This document shows positions 1-8,066 of a stretch of 64,000 nucleotides of DNA, piece by piece. The notes under the pieces are model-generated. The model searched no databases. It saw nothing but the letters and a program-made list of their open reading frames with translations, and was not told the DNA's origin. This stretch comes from an uncultured Armatimonadetes bacterium (GTDB lineage: Bacteria; Armatimonadota; Fimbriimonadia; Fimbriimonadales; Fimbriimonadaceae), in assembly GCA_903904815.1 (NCBI GenBank), contig CAIVDU010000031.1, forward strand, positions 132,266 through 196,265, written 5' to 3'. Positions within the stretch are counted from its first letter, which is position 1. The number at the start of each line of letters is the position of its first letter. Both the position numbers and the translations under genes were made by a program.

Positions 1-1
1 G

Positions 2-280
2 CACAGAACAACCCGTTTGGTTGAGTTCCTGATCGCAAAAACTCGCATGTTTGACCGGCTAAGCGGCGAACTCAACGAACGCCAGGAAAGGGCCCTGCTA
101 AGGGTGTTTCGTGAAGGCATCGATGGGTTCGCGGGAGGCTTAAGCGCCGCCAATTACATGAAGATCACGGGTGCCTCGCCGGCTACGACGACTCGTGACC
201 TCGCAGACCTCGTTGCTCTTGGCGCTCTGTCTCGGGTCGGTGAACACCGTCATGCAAGGTATCTGCTGATTCTGAAATAA
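2..280 (+). CDS. Fic family protein, C-terminal fragment (5' end outside window)
   Basis: The frame is open from the window edge to TAA at 278-280. The tail LNERQERALLRVF...MKITGASPATTTRDLADLVALGALSRVG resembles the C-terminal winged-helix segment (LNxRQ...TAxRDLxxLvxxGxL) of Fic/DOC-family proteins. The catalytic Fic motif is not in the window. Confidence 0.6.
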   Translation, partial: HRTTRLVEFLIAKTRMFDRLSGELNERQERALLRVFREGIDGFAGGLSAANYMKITGASPATTTRDLADLVALGALSRVGEHRHARYLLILK

Positions 281-396
281 CGGAACTCCTTTACGCGCAT
301 CTGCAGCCACATGGGGACGTTGAATCGACTATGATAACGTTAACACGGTAGAATCCGGTGATAGTCGGCCTGTCTCAACGACGAGCAAACGGTTCC

Positions 397-2880
397 ATGA
401 AACACTCACACTTTCGGATGTTCCCCGTTTCGTCTCGAATACGGTTGGGGCTGCTCTCGGTGGTTGGATTACTCATGTCGAGCGCCCATTCACAATCGCC
501 GGACAAGATTGGTGTCGCACTCTCTGAGTCGATTGTCAGCACGAGCGAGCTTCCGACTCATGAGAATGGAGTGTGCGTGGCCTTTCGGAAAAGCTTCCAG
601 CTTGCGGCTACTCCGGTTGAAGCGAAGTTTCATGTTTTTGCCGACGCGCGGTACATGCTTTGGATAAACGGCAGATATGTCGACCGGGGACCGGGGAGGT
701 TCGAGGCGAAGGCGCCAGAGTACGACACGCTTGACGTAAAGTCCTTCCTGCGAGCGGGCCGGAACACGATCTCCATTCTGGTGACCGGGCAGATCAGCAA
801 CGGAAAGGTTCAATGGCGTCCTCTCGGGCTCGCGGCGCGACTCATTGCGAGAACCGGCAAGAACGCGACGGTGGTGGCTCAAACTGACGCGTCTTGGAAG
901 TGGAGCCGATCCATTCGGTACCGGACGTTGAGAGTCGACTGGGCAAATATCGATGACGTTGCCGACGCCCGTGTGGAAGATGGGGATTGGACGCAAGCCG
1001 AGTATGACGATGCGAAATGGGCATCCGCTACGCCCCTCCCGCGTTCACTCTCCTGGTTTCACGCTCGTACACGAGTCGACGATCGTGAAATCAATGTACG
1101 TATCGATCCATTCGACCATGCGTCATCGAGTGGGGATCGTCAAAGCTGGTGGGGACCGCTTACTGCGCGGCGAGCACCCTTGCTGCGAGAAACAGAAGTC
1201 AAGCCAGCTTGGCAAGATGGGGTCCAATGGCCGGTGACGCTTTCAGCCGGGCAGGAGGTTGGGCTCAAGTTTCCTCACATCGTGCTGGCCTACGCCGATT
1301 TGGAGCTCGAAGCTGAGGCGGGAAGTGTTGTTGAACTGACCTACTCTCCCTCCACCCGCTATGTTTGCAAGGCGGGGATTCAGCATTTCGTGACATCGGA
1401 CACCCACTCAATCTTCGAAGGGGCGATTCGTGTCAGCGGTGGTCGAGTGACTCTGAAGCATGTTCGATTTGTCGAAAGGCTGTACCCGTTTTCGGTGGCA
1501 GGGAGCTTCAAGTCCAGCGACCCGTTGCTCGACAAGCTTTGGACGACGTGTGTTCGGGGTCTGGAGGTGACGAGTGAGGATGCATACGTCGACTGCACAG
1601 ACCGAGAGCGGGTTGAGTGGATGGACTGTGATCCACCCGCGTTCTACGTCACTCGTGTGGCGATGGTCGGTCCTTCGGTTGGCAATAAACCAGCCTACGG
1701 GGACCCGAGATTACTTGAGGTCATGCTTCGTCGGACGGGCTATTCGTTGCAGGGGGATGGGTGGGTCAAGGCTCACACTTCGTCGGATCGTTTCGACATC
1801 CACGCGAAAATGGAAGACCGCGCCTGTGACTGGGTTGAGGGTGCGCGCCGATACTATGAGTCTTCCGGAAAGCTCCAAGTGGTGCGCGAGATCTGGCCGG
1901 CGATCGTGCGCCAAATGGACTACTTCTTGGCTCGACGGTCATCGAGAGGGCTGGTGAACGCGCGAGAATGGGTTGTTTGGGGTAACCCGGTCGGCTATCA
2001 GACCTGCGAAGGCACGGCACTGAATGCTTTTGTTTGTCGTGCGCTCAACGATGCGGCGTTTCTCGGACGGAAAATTGGCAAGACTGAGGACGCCGGACGG
2101 TTTGGCCAAGAGGCCAAGCAATTGGCCGAAGCGATCAATTCCGTCCTTTGGGATGAATCGTCCGGAACCTACTTCAGTGGCTACTACGATCTTGAGGAGG
2201 CCAAAAAGGCCATCGACTATCGACCGTTGAAACTGCGAGTGACGAATCACCTGATTGAGCCAGACCGTCATGCGGCCTTGTTTGCGCTCGACCAAGGGAT
2301 CGTTCCGAAGAGTCGTCGAGCCCGAGTCTCCAAATATTTGATGGCGCATGCTCCGACCGAGAACGACATCATGCAGTACTACTACTTCTTTAAGCAGCAG
2401 TATGCCGCCGACAGTCCGGAGCAGGATTTGAGTGTGTTGCAGACACTGCGCAAGGAATGGAAGGACATGGCCGAGAGTCCCTTTGAGGCCACTTTCGAAG
2501 GACTGCATTCGTGGGGTTCCCAGGCTCACTGCTACGGAATGTTCCCCGCGTATTTCTTGAGTTCGTATGTGCTCGGCGTCCGACTGGATGGCCCAGTTCA
2601 GAACAATCGACTCATCATTGAGCCGAGGCTTGCCGATCTGTCCAGCGCGTCGGGAACGGTGGTGACGGAGTTTGGACCTGTCGTAGTGAATTGGAGGAGG
2701 ACTGAGTCGACCGGAGCGTTCCACGTTGTGGTTCCTGAAGGGGCGAAGACGGTATTGCGAATGCCCTTTGTCCCAGGAAGTCGCCCGGTACTAGATCGCA
2801 AGCCACTGGTTCAGTCGCATCGAGTCGGTCGATGGATCGAGGTGGCTATTAGCCCTGGATCTCATTCCGGGTCCTGGTGA
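397..2880 (+). CDS. Secreted glycoside hydrolase, GH78-like (alpha-L-rhamnosidase family)
   Basis: The long ORF spans 358-2880, and the likely start is the Met at 397, followed by a signal peptide (MKHSHFRMFPVSSRIRLGLLSVVGLLMSSAHS). FHVFADARYMLWINGRYVDRGPGR and YVDCTDRERVEWMDCDP resemble the N-domain and (alpha/alpha)6 catalytic-domain signatures of bacterial alpha-L-rhamnosidases. Confidence 0.7.
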   Translation: MKHSHFRMFPVSSRIRLGLLSVVGLLMSSAHSQSPDKIGVALSESIVSTSELPTHENGVCVAFRKSFQLAATPVEAKFHVFADARYMLWINGRYVDRGPGRFEAKAPEYDTLDVKSFLRAGRNTISILVTGQISNGKVQWRPLGLAARLIARTGKNATVVAQTDASWKWSRSIRYRTLRVDWANIDDVADARVEDGDWTQAEYDDAKWASATPLPRSLSWFHARTRVDDREINVRIDPFDHASSSGDRQSWWGPLTARRAPLLRETEVKPAWQDGVQWPVTLSAGQEVGLKFPHIVLAYADLELEAEAGSVVELTYSPSTRYVCKAGIQHFVTSDTHSIFEGAIRVSGGRVTLKHVRFVERLYPFSVAGSFKSSDPLLDKLWTTCVRGLEVTSEDAYVDCTDRERVEWMDCDPPAFYVTRVAMVGPSVGNKPAYGDPRLLEVMLRRTGYSLQGDGWVKAHTSSDRFDIHAKMEDRACDWVEGARRYYESSGKLQVVREIWPAIVRQMDYFLARRSSRGLVNAREWVVWGNPVGYQTCEGTALNAFVCRALNDAAFLGRKIGKTEDAGRFGQEAKQLAEAINSVLWDESSGTYFSGYYDLEEAKKAIDYRPLKLRVTNHLIEPDRHAALFALDQGIVPKSRRARVSKYLMAHAPTENDIMQYYYFFKQQYAADSPEQDLSVLQTLRKEWKDMAESPFEATFEGLHSWGSQAHCYGMFPAYFLSSYVLGVRLDGPVQNNRLIIEPRLADLSSASGTVVTEFGPVVVNWRRTESTGAFHVVVPEGAKTVLRMPFVPGSRPVLDRKPLVQSHRVGRWIEVAISPGSHSGSW

Positions 2881-2940
2881 AGCTTCAGCAGAAGAAGAAA
2901 TCCGAACTGATTCCCATCTGGATCAAATCGGCCTTAGTCT

Positions 2941-3786
2941 TTAGATCCGCTCTGCAGCGTCTACGGCGTTGCTGAGCAAGGTGGCGACGGTCATCGGTCC
3001 GACGCCGCCGGGAACCGGGGTGATCCAACTCGCGACTTCCTTGGCCGTCTCAAATTCCACGTCTCCGACATCGCCCTTGCGCCCTTCGACCTTGTTGTAG
3101 CCGGCGTCGATGACTACCGCTCCGGGCTTGATCCAGTCACCCTTCACCAGTTCGGCTTTGCCTACGGCGGCGACCAGCACGTCGGCTTCACGGCAGAGAT
3201 CAGCCAGGTTTTGGGTTCTCGAGTGGGCAATGGTGACGGTGCAGTGCTTTTGAAGGAGCATCAGGGCCATCGGCTTGCCGACAATGACGGAGCGGCCAAT
3301 GACGACAGCGCGCTTTCCGACGAGCGGGATTTCGTATCGCTCTAAGAGCTTGATTGCTCCAGCGGGGGTGGCACAGCGGAATCCTTCGAGGTCTGCGACG
3401 AGTCGTCCTAGCGACTGGGGCGTGATTCCATCCACGTCTTTGTCTGCCCCGAGCGCCATGAGAGCGGCGTTTTCGTCCAAATGCTTCGGCAACGGATGCT
3501 GCAGGAGGATTCCGTGAACCAACGGATTGGCATTCAGCTCGCCGATCTTGTCAATCAGCTCTGCTTGGGTGGTCTGGTCGTTGATCTCCCACGACTCGCC
3601 CTCCATCCCGGCGGTCTCTGCCCACTTTCGCTTCATCCGCACGTACGAGAGGGAAGCGGGGTCGGTCGCCGCGACGAGAACGTCCAGTCGAGGGACGATG
3701 CCTCGCGCTCGCAAAACGTCGACCCGCTCTTTGAGCTGGGCACGGATCTCTTTCGAAAGGGTCAGACCGTCAAGGATGTTTGCCAT
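2941..3786 (-). CDS. folD: Bifunctional methylenetetrahydrofolate dehydrogenase/cyclohydrolase FolD
   Basis: The 281-aa product looks like FolD over its full length: LSYVRMKRK, GILLQHPLP, VVIGRSVIVGKPMALMLL and the C-terminal TPVPGGVGPMTVATLL. Confidence 0.95.
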   Translation of the reverse strand: MANILDGLTLSKEIRAQLKERVDVLRARGIVPRLDVLVAATDPASLSYVRMKRKWAETAGMEGESWEINDQTTQAELIDKIGELNANPLVHGILLQHPLPKHLDENAALMALGADKDVDGITPQSLGRLVADLEGFRCATPAGAIKLLERYEIPLVGKRAVVIGRSVIVGKPMALMLLQKHCTVTIAHSRTQNLADLCREADVLVAAVGKAELVKGDWIKPGAVVIDAGYNKVEGRKGDVGDVEFETAKEVASWITPVPGGVGPMTVATLLSNAVDAAERI

Positions 3787-3795
3787 GAGAGATGT

Positions 3796-4359
3796 TTAGG
3801 ATTCTCGAATTGTCCACGAGCCGAATCGTTTGGCTGTCTTTGCCTCGTCGGAGTCTTCTTCCACGACCACTTCTTCCACTTCGACGGGAGACTCAACGAA
3901 CCGTTCTTCGGCTTCTTCGGAAGGAGCGGTTGTCGGGTCCCAATTAGCTTTAGAAGTGGTGAGGATGAACTTGCCTAAAACGCCGTTGACGAATCGACCG
4001 CTTTCGGCGGTTGAATAGCGCTTGGCAATCTCGATCGCTTCGTTGATGGTAACGGCGGGGGGAATCGCGGGCTCCTGGAGCAGTTCGTAGGCGGCTATGC
4101 GAAGGACGTTCCGATCGATGGCGGCAATGCGATCGAAGTCGTAATCTCGGATCAGCTTTGCCAGACCGTTGTCGATCTCGCCTTGGTGCTCTAACACGCC
4201 TAGGACGACTTTCTTAGCGAACTGCAACTGATCGGGCGCCAGTTCAAACTCATCGGCAGTGGTTTCGAGCGCATCGATTGGGTCGCTCTGAGCGATTTCG
4301 ACTTCGTAAAGACACCGAAGAGCCATCTCTCTTGCCTTGCGTCGGGATCGAATAGCCAT
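3796..4359 (-). CDS. nusB: Transcription antitermination factor NusB with acidic C-terminal extension
   Basis: RRKAREMALRCLYEVEI, AAIDRNVLRIAAYELL and INEAIEIAKRY...FVNGVLG are canonical NusB. About 50 extra acidic residues follow at the C-terminus. The start lies 5 nt downstream of accC and the stop 9 nt upstream of folD. Confidence 0.9.
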   Translation of the reverse strand: MAIRSRRKAREMALRCLYEVEIAQSDPIDALETTADEFELAPDQLQFAKKVVLGVLEHQGEIDNGLAKLIRDYDFDRIAAIDRNVLRIAAYELLQEPAIPPAVTINEAIEIAKRYSTAESGRFVNGVLGKFILTTSKANWDPTTAPSEEAEERFVESPVEVEEVVVEEDSDEAKTAKRFGSWTIRES

Positions 4360-4364
4360 CCTGG

Positions 4365-5720
4365 TTACACTGCCTCCCCGGAGAGGAATCGGGGAACGAA
4401 GCTAGTGTCGAACTGACCGGTGCGATATCCTTCCGAGGCGATCAAACGTCGAAGGAACGGAATGTTCGTGGCGATTCCTTCGACCTCAAATTCGTGGAGG
4501 GCCGACTCCAACTTACGAACGGCTTCTGCGCGGTCTCGACCGCGAACGATGAGTTTTGCCAAAAGTGGATCGTAGAAGGGGCTGACGGAGAACCCGGCGT
4601 AGCAGTGGGTCTCCATCCGAACACCTCTGCCTCCCGGAGCTCGCCAACCCGTGATGCAGCCGGTCGAGGGGGCAAAGTCCTTGTCCGGGTCCTGGGCAGT
4701 GATTCTGGCTTCGATCGCGTGTCCGCTCAACGTCACATCTTCCTGGGTGATCGGGAGACGCTCGCCGCTGGCGATTTTGAGCATAAGATGAACCAGGTCG
4801 ATTCCGGTGATCTCTTCGGTGACCGGGTGCTCTACCTGGAGTCGGGTGTTCATCTCAAGGAAGTAGAACTTGTTCTCGGAGTCGACGAGAAACTCGACGG
4901 TTCCTGCGTTCTGGTAACCGACGCTTTGGGCGACCCTAACGGCGGATTCGCCCATGGCGCGCCGAACGTCGTCGGGTAGATCAGCATAAGGCGCTTCCTC
5001 GACTAACTTTTGGTGGCGCAGGTTCTGGATCGAGCACTCTCGCTCTCCAAGATAAACCATGTTGCCGAACGAGTCTCCGATGACCTGAATCTCGACATGC
5101 CGGGGAGCGACGACAAACTTTTCGATGAGCATCTCGCCCGAGCCGAAGCTGGCCTGAGCTTCGGCCTGGGCGGTCTTCCAAAGGCCGCTGAGTTCATCGG
5201 GTGAGTCCACCCGGCGGATGCCTCGGCCGCCTCCACCCGCCACCGCTTTCAGAAGAACCGGGTAACCGATCTCTTCAGCGACTTTCAGGGCTTCCGTATC
5301 ATTAGGCACGGCGCCTTCGCTCCCGGGAACGACCGGGCAGTTGGCCAAAACCGCGGCTTTCTTGGCGCTGGCCTTGTCGCCCATGGATTCAATGGCGGCA
5401 GTGGGTGGCCCGACGAACTTGATGCCGAGCGACTCTAGAGCGACGGCAAAATTCGCTCGCTCGCTGAAGTAACCATAACCGGGATGCACCGCTTCGGCGC
5501 CGGAGATTTGGCAGGCCATTAGGACGTTCGCGAGGTTGAGATACGAATCGGTGTTTGAACCCGCGCCCACGCAGACCGCTTCATCGGCGATCTTTACGTG
5601 CAGGCTCTCACGATCGGCCTCGGAGAAGATAGCGACGCTCTTAATGCCGAGTTCACGGCAGCCGCGAATGACGCGGCAGGCGATCTCTCCACGATTTGCT
5701 ATGAGAACCTTTTTAATCAT
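4365..5720 (-). CDS. accC: Acetyl-CoA carboxylase biotin carboxylase subunit
   Basis: The 451-aa product carries MIKKVLIANRGEIACRVIR, the ATP-grasp loop AVAGGGGRGIR and EMNTRLQVEHPVTE. Confidence 0.95.
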   Translation of the reverse strand: MIKKVLIANRGEIACRVIRGCRELGIKSVAIFSEADRESLHVKIADEAVCVGAGSNTDSYLNLANVLMACQISGAEAVHPGYGYFSERANFAVALESLGIKFVGPPTAAIESMGDKASAKKAAVLANCPVVPGSEGAVPNDTEALKVAEEIGYPVLLKAVAGGGGRGIRRVDSPDELSGLWKTAQAEAQASFGSGEMLIEKFVVAPRHVEIQVIGDSFGNMVYLGERECSIQNLRHQKLVEEAPYADLPDDVRRAMGESAVRVAQSVGYQNAGTVEFLVDSENKFYFLEMNTRLQVEHPVTEEITGIDLVHLMLKIASGERLPITQEDVTLSGHAIEARITAQDPDKDFAPSTGCITGWRAPGGRGVRMETHCYAGFSVSPFYDPLLAKLIVRGRDRAEAVRKLESALHEFEVEGIATNIPFLRRLIASEGYRTGQFDTSFVPRFLSGEAV

Positions 5721-6103
5721 CAGTACTTGTCGTGTCCGGGGTGCACACAGTGGACCTGCCCGGTCGAAGGGTCGTAAGCGTAGGGCTCATGCCCGATGGG
5801 GCATCGGTAGAAATCGGCCCCAATGTGGGTCTCGTCAAGCGACTGAGGGTACTTTCCGTCACCGTCAGTCGTTTCCGCGATCTGTAGCGCGGATCGAACC
5901 TGTGAAAGGTTGCTTCGGCACACGTCGTCTTTGGCTGCCCACTCTGCCGCGCCCATGACGGTCGTTCCTTTCCCATCCTTTCGGGACGAGGTCGCCTTGG
6001 AACTGAACATCCCGCTGCCTTTAAAAAGGGCAACCGCAAGAAGAGCCATGATGACTAGAGTCACCATCGTGGCCACCAGTGTCGAACCTTGTTGTCGCTT
6101 CAT
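5720..6103 (-). CDS. Small pilin-like protein (non-canonical prepilin-type N-terminus, Cys/His-rich C-terminus)
   Basis: The N-terminus MKRQQG-STLVATMVTLVIMALLAVALF has a short basic leader, a Gly and an approximately 20-residue hydrophobic helix. The head region CRSNLSQVRSALQIAE..DGKYPQSL looks pilin-like. The tail is CPIGHEPYAYDPSTGQVHCVHPGH. Stop and start codons overlap both neighbours (ATGA at 6100-6103, TGATG at 5718-5722). Confidence 0.6.
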   Translation of the reverse strand: MKRQQGSTLVATMVTLVIMALLAVALFKGSGMFSSKATSSRKDGKGTTVMGAAEWAAKDDVCRSNLSQVRSALQIAETTDGDGKYPQSLDETHIGADFYRCPIGHEPYAYDPSTGQVHCVHPGHDKY

Positions 6104-6489
6104 CCTAGCCTCACTTTTGCCAAGGGCTGGCCAAACTCGACCGGCTGGTTCGCGGCCACAAGCACCTCGACAACCTCGCCCGTGACCTTGGACTCCACTT
6201 CATTCGCAATCCCAAGCGCCGCGACGATCGCGACCACTTCTCCCTTCTTGACGTTGCGGCCGACCGCCAATGGTTCTTTAGCGTCGCGGTAGAAACCGAC
6301 CAGCGACGATTTAATCTCGCCAAACTGCGGCTCGTTCGAAACTTCGGTCGTCGCAGACGCTGGGCGTGCCGCCGCTTGCAGCGGATCCAGGCGCGCGGAG
6401 AACGATCCTTCCTCGCCTGTCAACTCAACTTCGGCGAATCCTCTGGCTCGTGCAACGGTCAGCGCATGGCGCACAAGATCGACGTCCAT
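6100..6489 (-). CDS. accB: Biotin carboxyl carrier protein-like protein lacking the biotinyl-lysine
   Basis: The product has a BCCP-like N-terminus and a C-terminal biotinyl/lipoyl-type domain (SSLVGFYRDA...VGRNVKKGEVVAIVAALGIANEVESKVTGEVVEVLVAANQPVEFGQPL). ALGI occupies the position of the invariant AMKM motif, and the codon at 6211-6213 is GGG. The gene is directly coupled upstream of accC. Confidence 0.8.
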   Translation of the reverse strand: MDVDLVRHALTVARARGFAEVELTGEEGSFSARLDPLQAAARPASATTEVSNEPQFGEIKSSLVGFYRDAKEPLAVGRNVKKGEVVAIVAALGIANEVESKVTGEVVEVLVAANQPVEFGQPLAKVRLG

Positions 6490-6640
6490 AAGCTAACAGT
6501 GTACCGGGATCTGATGCTCTCGCCCAATCGCGAATGATGCCAGGGAACTCCCTGCGATCGCCCCATGACCTCCGTTTGATTTTCCCGCTAGAATCAGAGT
6601 CTAGGGGTGATCTCGCCTCCGTGAGTGCGTAGAGGCATCT

Positions 6641-7333
6641 GTGAAGTCGATCCCAGTCAAGAATTCTTCGATCAAGATCTATCTTTTCCTGGTGGCCTTC
6701 TCCCTGGTGGGATCGTTAATCTCACACTACAACCACACGAACCCGACTGGGATCGCTCACCCGACTGCTCTACTCACCCTGGCGATTGGTTGCTTGGCTG
6801 CCTTCCAACCGACTTGGAGGGTGCAGGGAGCGAAGACGTTATGGGCTCTCGGGGTGGTTTGGTTCATTGGGGCGCTAGCCGAGTTGGTGGGGTTGTCCAC
6901 CGGATTCCCTTTCGGACGATACCGATACACCGATCAATGGTGGCCAGTGGTCCATCTTCCCGGGGTCGGAGCTTTTCCGCTTCAACTGCCATTCGCTTGG
7001 GTGCTCGTACTTGGAAGCTCCTATCTCCTGGTTGCGCCTCGGCTGCAAGGTTGGGCAATCGTGGTTGCTGCCGCATTGGCCATGCTGGTAGACCAAGTCA
7101 TGGAACCCACCATGACTCGGTCACTGGGCTACTGGAAGTGGATCGACACCGGACCGCTGGCCGGTAGATCGCCCATCTGGAATGCGGTGGGCTGGTTTTT
7201 GGTGTCGATGGTCGCCGCCTACTCGCTTCGTTTGATGCTGGGCAAGAACCTTACGCAAACATATACGCCAGGCATTGTTCTGCTAGCACACGTTGGACTG
7301 GTGCTGGGATTGGGCTGGATCTCAGTGGCATGA
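6641..7333 (+). CDS. Polytopic membrane protein, carotenoid-biosynthesis-protein (DUF422/CruF-like) family candidate
   Basis: The 230-aa product starts at GTG and has about 7 hydrophobic segments. [14 protein letters not shown] resembles the conserved G-x-PFG-x-Y-x-Y motif of that family. The family assignment is tentative. Confidence 0.45.
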   Translation: MKSIPVKNSSIKIYLFLVAFSLVGSLISHYNHTNPTGIAHPTALLTLAIGCLAAFQPTWRVQGAKTLWALGVVWFIGALAELVGLSTGFPFGRYRYTDQWWPVVHLPGVGAFPLQLPFAWVLVLGSSYLLVAPRLQGWAIVVAAALAMLVDQVMEPTMTRSLGYWKWIDTGPLAGRSPIWNAVGWFLVSMVAAYSLRLMLGKNLTQTYTPGIVLLAHVGLVLGLGWISVA

Positions 7334-7358
7334 GACTCCAATCACGTATCCTCGAGAC

Positions 7359-7922
7359 ATGAAGGTTGTGAAGTTTTGGAAGCCCTATGGAGTCCTTCCT
7401 CAATTCACTGATCCCGAGGGTCGGCCGACTCTGGCGGACTTCATCCCGCTGTCGAATATCTATCCGGCGGGAAGACTGGACTTCGATAGCGAGGGCCTGA
7501 TGATTCTTACCGACGACGGAATATTGAATGCTCGGCTGACTCAACCACGGTTTCGCCATCCGAAGACCTACCTCGTGCAGGTGGAAAAGATTCCCGACTC
7601 ACGGGCTCTCCAATCTCTTCGTACGGGAGTGGAACTGAACGATGGGATGACTCTTCCCACGAAGGTCAAACTTCTCGACACGGAACCTATCCTCCCCCCT
7701 AGGTCGAAACCAGTGAGAGAACGAAAAGCCATTCCCACCGCATGGCTTTCGATGACTCTCACCGAGGGCCGAAACCGGCAAGTGCGTCGAATGACCGCTG
7801 CGGTGGGTCATCCTACGCTTCGCCTGGTGCGTTGGGCTTCGGGGCCTGTGACTCTAGACGGACTCGAAGAAGGTCGATGGGCAGAACTAACGGCTAGCGA
7901 AGTAAAGCAACTGTTTTCGTGA
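7359..7922 (+). CDS. rluE: 23S rRNA pseudouridine synthase RluE (RsuA family, no S4 domain)
   Basis: The product is nearly collinear with E. coli RluE: [11 protein letters not shown], the catalytic-Asp motif [24 protein letters not shown], and [23 protein letters not shown]. The Met at 7359 was chosen over the ORF-track start at 7293, which overlaps the preceding gene. Confidence 0.85.
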   Translation: MKVVKFWKPYGVLPQFTDPEGRPTLADFIPLSNIYPAGRLDFDSEGLMILTDDGILNARLTQPRFRHPKTYLVQVEKIPDSRALQSLRTGVELNDGMTLPTKVKLLDTEPILPPRSKPVRERKAIPTAWLSMTLTEGRNRQVRRMTAAVGHPTLRLVRWASGPVTLDGLEEGRWAELTASEVKQLFS

Positions 7923-8066
7923 ATTGCAAAAGATCGCAGACCTGGGCGCCTTCGGACCCTATTCAACGAGCAGTGACTACCCGATAAATCTCCCAGGGTC
8001 GCAAACGTTTTTGAGGACGTCTTGGCGAAGGTCGCTGACGCATCGAACGATCCTGCTTGGAGGAAT

